Shown piece after piece: positions 22,545-33,879 of a stretch of DNA of 47,869 bases (position 1 is its first letter; every line of letters begins with the position of its first letter). Below the pieces are notes generated by a model. It ran no database searches. It had not been told where the DNA came from and saw only the letters and a list, made by a program, of their open reading frames with translations. This stretch comes from Chiloscyllium plagiosum. Taxonomy: Eukaryota. Location of the stretch: the NCBI RefSeq assembly GCF_004010195.1, contig NC_057752.1:13181969-13229837 (forward strand), in the 5' to 3' direction. The position numbers and the translations under genes were made by a program.

Positions 22545-24800
22545 CCTGTTCAGAAGAACCTTCTCCAATAATTTCCCGACCACTGATGGAAGGCTCACCG
22601 GCCTCTAATCTCCTGGATTATCCCTGTGGTCGCTCTTGAACAAAGGGACGACACTGGCTATTCTCCAGCCTTCTGGGACCTCAGCTGTGACGAAAGGGGA
22701 TACAAAGATCTCTGCCAAGGCCACCTTGTCTCCTTCAGGATCCAATCAGGCCCTGGGGACTTATCTTCCTTAAATGTTTTTCAAGACATCCAACATCCTC
22801 TCCTTAAAGCAAGATGTCCTCGAACATCAACATAATCCTCTCTAAATTTACCATCACCCACATCTTTCTTCTTGGGGAATGTTGATGCCAAGTACTCATT
22901 AAGGACCTCACCCACTTCCTATGTCTCCACACAAACTGGCTCCTTTGTCCTGGAGTGGACCTACCTTTTCCCTAGTTACTCTCTTACTCCTAATATCCAT
23001 GTAAAACACCTTGGGACACTCATTGATCCTTATAGCAAAGGACATTTCCTGGCCCCCCTCTAGCTCTCCTTATTCCTTCAAGTTATTTCCTGCTTTCTTG
23101 GGTATTTGATTGGTTTCCTAAACCTTACATATGCTTCCTTTTTCTTTACATCTCTCATTGTCCAAGGTTCCTGAATCTGGCCATCCTGGTCTTTCATCCT
23201 CTCAGGGATATGCTGGTCCTGAACTCTGGTCAACTGGTTTTTAAAAGACTCCTGTCAGGAACTGGGGGCACATCGGACTAATACTGTTCTAATTTGCCTT
23301 CCCCGAATTTAGCACTTTTACCCGAGGACCAGTCTTCTCCTTTTCCATAACTTGGAGAATAATGATCACTGTTCCCAAAATGTTGCCCCACTGAAATTTT
23401 GATCATCTGGCCAGGCTCATAGACCAACTAGGGAAGGGGCTGTACTAGACCTTTTATTGGATAATCTACATATCGTTTCAAGAATCCCTCCTTGATGCAC
23501 CTAACAAATTCTGCTCCATCTAAATCCCTGGCACTAAGGAGGTCAGTGAAAATTGGGATATTATAATCTCCCACTACCACAACCCTGCTGTTTTCACAAA
23601 ATTCCATGATTGGCAACTTGGGCACAGAAATGGCAGATGGAGTTTAATCCAGACAAATGCAAGGGGATGCACTTTAGAAAGATCAAATTTAGGTGTGAAT
23701 TATACTAGAAATGGAAGAACCCTTAGGAACATTAACATACAGACGGAGCTGGGCGTGCAGACCCATAGTTCCCTAAAAGAGGCAACACAGGTGGCCAAGG
23801 TGATTAAGGCAGCATATAGTTTGCCTCCCTTCATTGGCCAGGGCATGGGGTACACAGTTGGCAAACCATGTTGCAGCTATACAAAACCCTTGTTCGGCCA
23901 CATTTGGAGCACTGTGTGCAGGTTTAGTTGCCACAATACCATGAACTGGAAGCTTTGGAGAGAGTGCAGAGAAGGTTCACCAGGGTGTTGCCTGGTCTCG
24001 AGGAAACATTAAGAAGTGTAGGATTGTTTTCAATGGAAAGATACCGGCTGACAGGAAACCTGATAGAGGTCTACAAAATTAGGAGAGGTATAGATGGGGT
24101 GGATAGTCAGAGGCTTTTGCTCAGGGCTGAAGTTTCAATTACAAGAGGGCACAGGGTCAAGGTGAGAGGGGAAAAGTTTAAGGGAGATGCGCGAGGGAGG
24201 TTTTTCACACACAGTGGTAGGAGCCTGGAACACACTGCCAGAAGAACAGGCACATTGGTGACTGGATGGATGGATGGATACATGAATAGGGAGGGAAGAG
24301 ATGGATATGGACCAAATAAGGGCAAAAGGTTTTTTTTAAAAGTTTAGTTAGGGCAGGATGAACAGCGCAGGCTTGGAGGACCAAAGGGCCTGTTCTGCAC
24401 TGTACCTTTGTTCACATATCCGTTCCTTTAATTCCTGCTGGCTATCGGGAGGGCTATAGTATAGCCCCATCATAGTAGCTGCACCTTCTTTACTCCTGAG
24501 TTCTACCCATGCAGCCTTCCAGGACGAGGCCCTCCAAGATGTCCTCTACTTATCACAACTGTGACATTTGCCTTTATCAGTCATGCAACTCCCACCCCTT
24601 CTACATCCCTATCATGCCTGAAACGTCTAAACCCTGGAACACTGAGCTGCCAGTCCTGCCCTTCTCTCAACCAGCTTTCTGTAATGGCTACCACATCATA
24701 GCTCCATGTACTAATGAAGGCTCTCAGCTCACCTGCCTTATCGGTTATTCTCCTTCCATTAAAACTTCAGACTGCCTGTCTAGCAAGGTTCATTAATCTG
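22545..24800 (-). mobile_element. Old, heavily deleted CR1 ORF2 with a plus-strand CR1 nested at ~23615-24410
   Basis: Endonuclease remnant RVVVVGDYNIP..DGAEFVRCIKEGFLKRYVD on the minus strand; the element resumes after 24410. Confidence 0.75.
23615..24410 (+). mobile_element. CR1 3' portion
   Basis: ALERVQRRFTRVLPGL..LIEVYKI..TRGHRVKVRG, plus 3' UTR ggaccaaagggcctgttctgcactgta. Confidence 0.88.
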
Positions 24801-25877
24801 GCCCTGCCTGTTCTTCATACCAGATATATTTGATTTTACATTTGTATTTAAAAAAAACAAAGCGGTTAGGATCTGGAATGCACTGGGCGAGAGGGTGGGG
24901 AGGCAGATTTAAGTGTGGCTATCAAAAGGACATTGGATCATTATTGGAAAAGGAAGAACGGGCAGGGTTATGGGGAGACAATTAGATGGGGTCGGGTCGG
25001 GTCAGGTCAGGTTGGGACAAAGAGTGGCACTAGGTGAACTGCTCCTTCAAAAAGAGCTAGCCCACAGGTGACAAGCCAAATCGTCTTCTGCTGTGCTGCA
25101 ACAATTCTGTGAAAATACTTGAAAGCCATTGAAATACTTTCGAAGCATTTCATATTTCACTCCCTCAATGGTGCGAAGTAGCCAGGCACCTGAATTGGTG
25201 AGGAAGAACAGCCTGCAGGTTTCCCTTTAAACAAAGGGATTTTATAGGCCCACAGGGGCCATTCACACTCTGCCAGTCAAGCAAAATGTCTTCAGAGTAG
25301 ATCTTGCGCAGCTGCCTTTTCCTTCCTCTCAGGTGGTTCAGCTCTTGACAACTTTTCATCCATGTGTTTATCCAATGACCATTTAAATGCCCTTAAAGTT
25401 GGTGAGTCTACTACTGTTGTAGGCAGGGCGTTCCACGTCCCTACTACTCTCAGAAGAAACTACCTCTGACATCTGTCCTATATCTATCACCCCTCAATTT
25501 AAAGCTATGTTCCCTCGTGCTAGCCATCACCATCTGAGGAAAAATGCTCTTGCTCTCCACCCTATCTAACCCTCTAATTATCTTGTATGTCTCTATTAAG
25601 TCACCTCTCAACCTTCGTGTCTCTAATGAAAACAGCCTCAAGTCCCTCAGCCTTTCCTCTTGAGACCTACCCTCCATACCAGGCAATATTCTAGGAGATC
25701 TCCTCTGCACCCTTTCCAAAGCTTCCACATCCTTCCTATAATGCGGTGACCAGAACAGGATGCACTATTCCAAGTGTGGCCGCACCAGAGTTTTGTACAG
25801 CTGCAGCATGACCTTGTGGTTCCGAAACTCAATCCCTCTCCCAATAAAAGCTAACACATCATATGCCTTCTTAACAA

Positions 25878-27795
25878 TGCACACTACACCGCCCCCATGA
25901 CCAACTCCAGCCCCACACCAGGTCCCAGGCCCTAGCTCCCAGCCCTGCCGTATTTTCACCATCCCTCCAGACCTCCCCCTCTCTGAGGACGAATGATCAG
26001 TCCTCAGCAGAGGCCTCACCTTCATTCCCCAATGCTCCCGGATCAATGAGTTCGACACGCGGCGAGACATCAAGCATTTCTTCCGCCGCCTTCGCCTCTG
26101 CGCCTACTTCTTCAACCAGGACACTCGCCCACCCTCTGACGACCCCTTCTCCCGCCTCCAACACACCCCATCCACTTGGACACCCTGTGCTGGCCTCTTA
26201 ACCACCCTCGATCTCTTCATATCCAACTGCCGCCGCGACATTGACCGCCTCAACATGTCCACCCCTCTTACCCACTCCAACCTTTCACCGTCACAACACG
26301 CAGCCCTCCACTCCAGCCCCAACCTCACCATGAAACCGGCAGACAAGTGAGGCACGGTGGTAGTTTGGTGCACCGATCTTTATACCGCTGAAGCTAGATG
26401 CCAACTCGCGGACACCTCCTCCTACTGTCCCCTTGACCATGACCCCACCTCCCACCACCAAACCATCATCTCCCAGACCATCCATAACCTCATCACCTCG
26501 GGGGATCTCCCATCCACCGCCTCCACCCTCATAGTCCCACAACCCCGCACCGCCAGTTTCTACCGCCTGCCCAAAATCCATAAACACGACTGCCCCGGCC
26601 AACCCATTGTCTCAGCCTGCTCCCGGCCCACCGAACCCATCTCAGCATACCTCAACACTGTCCTGTGCCCCTTAGTCCAAGATTGTATTGGCGCTACCTT
26701 GTGCTCCCACGAGGAGGTTGAACAGTTCATCCACTTTACTAACACCTTCTACCCCGACCTCAAATTTACCTGGACCATCTCAGACTCCTCCCTCCCCTTC
26801 CTAGACCTCTCCATTTCTAATCTCGGGCGACCGACTCAACACAGACATTTACTACAAACCGACCGACTCCCACAACTACCTAGNNNNNNNNNNNNNNNNN
26901 NNNNNNNNNNNNNNNNNNNNNNNNNNNNNNNNNNNNNNNNNNNNNNNNNNNNNNNNNNNNNNNNNNNNNNNNNNNNNNNNNNNNNNNNNNNNNNNNNNNN
27001 NNNNNNNNNNNNNNNNNNNNNNNNNNNNNNNNNNNNNNNNNNNNNNNNNNNNNNNNNNNNNNNNNNNNNNNNNNNNNNNNNNNNNNNNNNNNNNNNNNNN
27101 NNNNNNNNNNNNNNNNNNNNNNNNNNNNNNNNNNNNNNNNNNNNNNNNNNNNNNNNNNNNNNNNNNNNNNNNNNNNNNNNNNNNNNNNNNNNNNNNNNNN
27201 NNNNNNNNNNNNNNNNNNNNNNNNNNNNNNNNNNNNNNNNNNNNNNNNNNNNNNNNNNNNNNNNNNNNNNNNNNNNNNNNNNNNNNNNNNNNNNNNNNNN
27301 NNNNNNNNNNNNNNNNNNNNNNNNNNNNNNNNNNNNNNNNNNNNNNNNNNNNNNNNNNNNNNNNNNNNNNNNNNNNNNNNNNNNNNNNNNNNNNNNNNNN
27401 NNNNNNNNNNNNNNNNNNNNNNNNNNNNNNNNNNNNNNNNNNNNNNNNNNNNNNNNNNNNNNNNNNNNNNNNNNNNNNNNNNNNNNNNNNNNNNNNNNNN
27501 NNNNNNNNNNNNNNNNNNNNNNNNNNNNNNNNNNNNNNNNNNNNNNNNNNNNNNNNNNNNNNNNNNNNNNNNNNNNNNNNNNNNNNNNNNNCACATTTCC
27601 AGCACCCCTCCCCCAAATTCCCTCCCTCCTACCTTTTATCTCAGCCCGCTTGGCACACCAGCCTCATTCCTGAAGAAGGGCTTATGCCCAAAACATCGAT
27701 TCTCCTGCTCCTCGGATACTGCCTGGCCTGCTGTGTTTTTCCAGCACCACATTTTTCAACTCTGGTCTCCAGCATCTGCACTCCTCACTTTCTCC
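25878..27795 (+). mobile_element. Penelope-like element (RT remnant, gap, hammerhead end)
   Basis: KPADK*G.VV, FYRLPKIHKHDCPGQPIVS, PDLKFTWTISDSSLPFLDL are PLE-type RT motifs. 14-bp TSD tgccttcttaacaa at 25864-25877 and 27796-27809. Decayed hammerhead at 27670-27697. Confidence 0.92.
26884..27591. other. Assembly gap (N run)
   Basis: Run of Ns inside the PLE. Confidence 0.99.
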
Positions 27796-28299
27796 TGCCT
27801 TCTTAACAACCCTATCAACCGGGGCAGCAACTTTTAGGGATCTACGTACATTGACACAGAGATCCCGCTGCTCATCTACACTACCAAGAATCTTACCATT
27901 TAGCTCAGTACTCTTTATTCCTGTTGCTCCTTCCAAAGTGAATCACCTCACACTTTTTCACATTAAACTCAAAGTTTAATGTTACAGGTTTGGGGGAAAA
28001 AATACACAAGGCCAACTTTGAAGCAAAAAGCATTCCCTGCTACAGTAAAAGTGCATGGTGACAATGTTCCTGATGTTTACAAAGCAAAGCAATTTTAAGA
28101 TACGTATCGCCAGAGATTATATACTGTCATGCTGTTTAAACTCTTCAGTGAAGCGTTTTATCCATCTCTCCTTAGATCAACAGAAATCTATTGCCATTGC
28201 TTTCAAGGTAGAATTACACCACTACAGACACTTAGTAAGTGCTTGGCTAGGTTGCATTAGTTGAGCACAGCAAATATACTAAGAAAGCACATTACATAC

Positions 28300-28503
28300 C
28301 AAAACATGCCAAACGTTTTCATTTGCTCCTTCAAAACTGCAGAACCGAATGCTGACACCGAGCAAGCCCTGCCCGCCCCACAGATTACTGGGTGTTGCAC
28401 TGACTTCACGAACAGCCTGTGTCTTGGTGTTGTAAATGGCCATTTTGAGGGATTTTTCCACATGCCCTAGTAACAGATCCCTCAGTGCGTTGTCATCTTT
28501 ATC
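28300..28503 (-). CDS. GORASP2: GORASP2-like coding exon 3, 204 bp, phase 0-0
   Basis: [68 protein letters not shown], with the GRASP hallmark [16 protein letters not shown]. Acceptor ttcctttcag, donor gtatgt. Confidence 0.96.
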
Positions 28504-29569
28504 CTGAAAGGAAGAAAAATGGATTAGGAAAAACAAACAAATGACCAACTGGGAAAATTCACCACTGCACAACCAGGAAGGACTCATGTTTGACCCCAGG
28601 CCACACAGAATTAGCTGACTTCAGTAGAAATGTTAAGTGAGACAATGAATGCCACATACATCAGTGGCACCTCTGCTGGCACAGAATAGTGTTTCAAACA
28701 TCCAAAAAGACACCTGCCTCATTTCATACAAGAGAAACAATTTGAAGACCCGTGGGCACAAGGTTCAAAGTTACAGCACTGGCCAGGATACAACTGCTCA
28801 GGAGTCTCATGCAAGGAAGAAATGAGCAAACTTTGCTGCAAATTCTGACATTCCATACTCCGCAGAGGCACGCACAGACACTGACAGTTGGGAAAGGGAA
28901 AAAAAAAATCTAAAATTACCAGGCTGTTCAGTGAAGTGAGCTGGGAAGCAACAGTTTGAGAAATGGAAAATATGGTTGCAAGAGTGATGTACAGTATTCC
29001 CCACACCACTTGAAAAAGGTGCAAACCACAAGCAAAACAAGTCCCTGTTCACCCCACCTCTACCCCAACAGATACACAAAAAAATGTTTTAATATTGCAC
29101 AATCCCTCTGTAAGCCAAGCTCAACTGTCATAATTGGCTCAGATATGAATATGGAACACTTTAATAGCAATGGACCCATGTTTGCCAAATACAGCAAAGA
29201 GAAAGTCTGGAGATTCTCCTCCTCACCAGGAGACAAATTCCCAGCAAGAATGGGCTGTTGGAAATTATAGCCCACAACACCGAGATTCCTAGCAGTCATC
29301 TTGTAAATAGGACAGTCAAATTTTGAGTCAAAATGATCAAATTGCCTAGCATGACTTTTTTTTTTTGTGTTTCAACATGCCAAAATTGCACCAACGGGAA
29401 ATGAAGATTCTGTAAGAGTCTAAGAGATGGCAATGGTGTTTCTAGTACTGGGCAACTCAAAAATGTATTTCTGTCCTCCTGTGCCTAAAGCACTAAAGCA
29501 TGTAAGTAGTCACCAATCTCCATGGCAAATCAGTCAAATATTCAGCTCACTTGTACAAGGTTATTATTA

Positions 29570-31185
29570 AAATTCACTTGTGGGGCGTGAGCTTTGCTGA
29601 CTGAGCCAGCATTTATTATCCATCCCTAGTTGCCCTCGAGTAGATGGTGGTAAGCAGCCACCTTGACCCACTGCAGCCACAGGCTGTAGGAAGACCCACA
29701 TACTGTTAGGAGAGAATTCCAGGGCTTTGACCGCGTGACACTGAAGGAACAGCAATATATTTCCAAGTCAGGATGGTGACTGCAACTTGCAGGAGGTGGT
29801 GTTCCCATGGATCTGCTGCCCTTGTCCTTCAAATGGAAGCAGTCATGGGTTTGGAAGGTGCTGTGGCAAATATCTGCAGTGTATCCTGCACATGGTACAC
29901 ACTGCTGCTACTGAATGTTGGTGGTAGAGGGAGTGGATGTTTTCCCTGGATGGTGTCAAGCTTCTTGAGTGTTGCTCATCTAGGCAAGTAAGGAGTATTC
30001 CATCACACGCCTGACTTGCACCTCATTGATGGTGGACAGGCTTTGGGGAATCAGAAGGTGCAGGACTCCTCACCCCAGACTGCTTTTGTAATGACTGTGT
30101 TGATATGGCGATTCCAGTTTCTGTTCAATGGTAACCCGCAATATGCTCATAGTGGGGGATTCAGTGATGTAATGCCATTAATTTACATAAATGATTTGGA
30201 TGCGAGCATAAGAGTTAGTAAGTTTGCAGATGACATCAAAATTGGAGGTGCAGTGGACAGCAAAGAGGGTTACCTCAGATTACAACAAGATCTTGACCAG
30301 ATGGGCCAATGGGCTGAGAAGTGGCAGATGGAGTTTAATCTAGATAAATGCGAGGTGCTGTATTTTGGGAAAGCAAATCTTAGCAGGACTTATACACTTA
30401 ATGGTAAGGTCCGAGGGAGGGTTGCTGAACAAAGAGATCTTGGAGTGCAAGTTCATTTCTCCTTGAAAGTGGAGTTGCAGGTAGATAGGATAGTGAAGGA
30501 GGCATTTGGTATACTTTCCTTTATTGGTCAGAGTATTGAGTACAGGAGTTGAGAGGTCATGTTGCAGCTGTACAGGACATTGGTTAGGCCACTGTTGGAA
30601 TATTGTGTGCAATTCTGGTCTCCTTCGGAGAGATGTTGCGAAACTCGAAAGGGTTCAGAAAAGATTTTCAAGGATGTTGCCAGGGTTGGAGAATCTGAGC
30701 TATAGGGACAGGCTGAGGCTGTTTTCCCTGGAACGTCGGAGGCTGAGGGGTGACCTTATAGCGGTTTACAAAATTATGAGGGGCATGGATGGGGTAAATA
30801 GGCAGAGTCTTTTCCCTGGGGTCGGGGAGTCCAGAACTCGATTTAAGGTGAGAGGAGAAAGATATAAAAGAGATCTACAGGGCAACTCTTTCACACAGAA
30901 GGTGGTATATGTGTGGAATGAGCTGCCAGAGGAAGTGGTGGAGGCTGGTACAATTGCAACATTTAAGAGGTATTTGGAAGTGTTTGGAGGGATCTGGGCC
31001 GGGTGCTGGCTGGTGGAACTAGATTGGGTTGGGATATCTGGTTGGCATGGACAGGTTGGACCGAAGGGTCTATTTCCGTGCTGTACATCTCTATGACTCA
31101 GACTCTAAATGCCAAGGATGGCGGTTAGATTGTCTCTTATTGGTGACAGTCATTGACTTGCATTTGTGTGGTGCAAAGTGATTTC
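29570..31185 (-). mobile_element. Old LINE 3' end (CR1/L2 group, different family) with a CR1 nested at 30180-31100
   Basis: Reverse complement ends ctcgagggcaactagggatggataataaatgctggc, preceded by cctggaattctctcctaacag. Related fragments at ~10880-10965 and ~41630-41710. Confidence 0.6.
30180..31100 (+). mobile_element. CR1 3' portion
   Basis: YINDLD..SKFADDIKIGGAVDS..WNELPEEVVEAGTIATFKR, plus 3' UTR ending ctgtacatctctatgactc. Confidence 0.93.
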
Positions 31186-31799
31186 AGCAGATCCACTCAA
31201 ATGAATGTAACCTTGCCACTGCCTGCTCTTCTAAACCAATTTTAATCCAGTACCATTGGCTCCTGCATTGCTGAGTTCAGCCCCACTGACAAAGTGAAAA
31301 TCAGCACAGGCAGGAGCAGTTTATTACTTTTGCACTGTGGCAGAAATAGGGTGTCATTGATGTTTAAGAGATTTGATCGCAAGGTTATGGCAGGCCAAGG
31401 TGCACAGAGCTCCAGTCACAGAGGCAGCAGCCACAAGAGACAGCAAAGCAGCTGGATTTAAGGATCCCCAAAGACAGTTGACGATGCAATGAACAGTACT
31501 GCTTATGCTGGAGATACATCAGGAAGCTGGTAGCAAATTGATAAGCTGCAGTGCTACCTAGCTTGGAAAATGGAGATCAATTAAACGAATTGGTAAATTT
31601 AACACAGACGGAAAATAACAGAATAAAACAGTCGCAGAAAACAAGGATTAATCAACAAGAAGGTTATTATTTTTGTATGGGTTTCCCCCTTTCTAAAGCA
31701 AAGGCTGACAACAGCCAACGTCACTACTGACACAAAGCTTTAACTATAAACTAATACAGACAAGAGACAAATGTTGAAACGTTAAGAATATAAACTCAC

Positions 31800-31880
31800 C
31801 AGCCTTGTATCACCAGCTGAAATGATAAAGTCAAAGAACGGTTCTAGACCAGCCCAGTAACCTGGGGAGTTCTCCTGCAC
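31800..31880 (-). CDS. GORASP2: GRASP55/GORASP2-like, coding exon 2 (PDZ1 part), 81 bp, phase 0-0
   Basis: Translates [27 protein letters not shown] (human GORASP2: [27 protein letters not shown]). Acceptor ...gtgagcag, donor gtgagt. Paralogue identity (GORASP2 vs a third copy) is uncertain. Confidence 0.93.
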
Positions 31881-32577
31881 CTGCTCACAGAGACAAAACA
31901 TTGCATCATAAACAAATGACCAGGCTCCTTGACATTTGAAGATGTGAATTGAAATAAGCAGAACATTGGAGGTACTTTTCCCTTTGTATATATATATTCT
32001 CATTTCAAGAACATACACTTACTTGTTCACATTTCAGATCAGCTAATGGTTTTTACAGGCCTGACCATGACAAAATTCAAAAAAGTGTACAAGCAGCTCC
32101 CAATGTTCCACCTCTCCTCGGTTTAGTATGAACATAGTCGGGAGGCCAATTCACCCCAGTCTTCAGTCATTTATAGAGCTTGTGGCTGATCTGCAACTTT
32201 TTGCCTCATATTGCTAAATACTTTTGGCTATCATTATCAATTTCATATTTTAAACTAACCAACAATAGCTGTTTGTCTAAAGGAATGTTTCTTCATTTTA
32301 GTTATGAAAGGTAACTTTTTTTTTAAAAAAAGCATTACACCTTCTAGTCCCAGATTCACCAACTACAGGAAGTAGTTTCTTCCATTCTATTCCCTTTGCT
32401 CCCATTAATATAGTGAAAATTTTGATCAAACCATCCTTTAACCTTCTAAATTATTGGGAACAGTTTATTTAATAAAAAACAGCGTGTTTGCTCTCTCCTT
32501 GCAGTTTGACACTTAGAATCCAGTGGAAGCACCAACTCCTGAAAAGGCAGAGTTCAGGCAGGCCAATCTTATTAAAT

Positions 32578-32797
32578 GAGGAGAAAGTGAGGTCTGCAGA
32601 TGCTGGAGATCAGAGCTGAAAATGTGTTGCTGGAAAAGCGCAGCAGGTCAGGCAGCATCCAGGGAACAGGAGAATCGACGTTTCGGGCATAAGCCCTTCT
32701 TCATTCCGGAAGAAGGGCTTATGCCCGAAACGTCGATTCTCCTGTTCCCTGGATGCTGCCTGACCTGCTGCGCTTTTCCAGCAACACATTTTCAGCT
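32578..32797. mobile_element. Young head-to-head (fold-back) PLE-end insertion
   Basis: Perfect 90-bp arms 32613-32702 and 32709-32798, loop attccg. 15-bp TSD ccaatcttattaaat at 32563-32577 and 32798-32812. Confidence 0.95.
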
Positions 32798-33879
32798 CCA
32801 ATCTTATTAAATCTCAAGTTTACTCTGGGGCTGCAACCTGCAAAATGACACAACATCTCACCAGTAAGAATATTTTGGCAGCTCACATTTGCTGTAGAGA
32901 ATCTTCAACAGATAGTACAGGTGTTTATATCACAACACTAAGTTTCTGGGCCCAGACCCGACAACCATGAACAGTGAGGAAGGCAAAGTCATGATTAACA
33001 TTTGAGAAATTAAGACTTGATTGGCTGAAGACTGTTCAACTTCAGTTAACTAGACCAAAGTAAAATTGAAATGATTTAAGTGGATTGTTTGCTACAGTAA
33101 GAACTAGTTGAGTTTGAGATGGGCTTAAGTTGCATCTGGCAAAAAGGGGGGGGGGGGAATCCTGTGGTGCAGTGGTGCTGCCCCTCTCTTTGCACCAGGA
33201 GGCCCAGGTTCAAGTTCTAGTTTCTTCAGGTGTGTAATAACATCTCCGAACAGGTGGATTATAAAATCCATCTAAACCACATTGCACCCATGTAAACGCT
33301 TCCATCAAGAGGATTACAGAAAGCACTTACTTTTAAAATAGTCTTGCTGACCACGTTATTATGAAATTTATAGCACAGAAAACAGAGTGCTCAGCCCAAC
33401 TGGTTTGTACTGGCATTTAAGATTCACTTCCCTGCCTACGTCATTTCATCCTGTCAATATAGCCTATTCCTTTCTCACTCATTTGCTTATCTAGCCTCTC
33501 AATAAAAAGTCTCTCTAGTATTTACCTCAACAACGTGGTAGCAGGTTAAATATTGTAATTACTGTCTGGGTACAGAGGCTCCTTTTAGCTATCTTCCACT
33601 CACAGCTCCAAATTTTAACATCTCCCCCAGTTTCCCAACCATCAGTAACTCCCTTTAATCATCTTACATGGAAGTACACAGCCCACTACTTTCACACTAA
33701 AATGAAATGGGAACAGTATTAAGGTCATAAACATTATACTTTGATTCACTTGCCAGTTACATAGATGAAGACCAGTCCAAGACAACTAGTGAGTAACATC
33801 TTCCAAGAAAGCGCCAATAATTTAGTGTTAGAATTTGTCCCACAATGCTAGCCTGCGAAAAATCAAACAACTCAAAAAG

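Larger units (their letters stand above)
25358..27975 (-). mobile_element. CR1 3' portion interrupted by a Penelope-like element
   Basis: ALERVQRRSPRILPGMEG..LRGDLIETYKIIRGLDRV; the frame resumes at 27796 (GKILGSVDEQRDL..DRVVKKA). Confidence 0.9.

Noticed and set aside
26357..27673. Long ORFs spanning N runs (also 34727-35893 and 39701-41079)
   Set aside because: Artefacts of translating across assembly gaps; the real parts are decayed PLE/CR1 fragments.
32610..32810. Near-identical ORFs on both strands
   Set aside because: A consequence of the palindrome, not evidence of protein coding.
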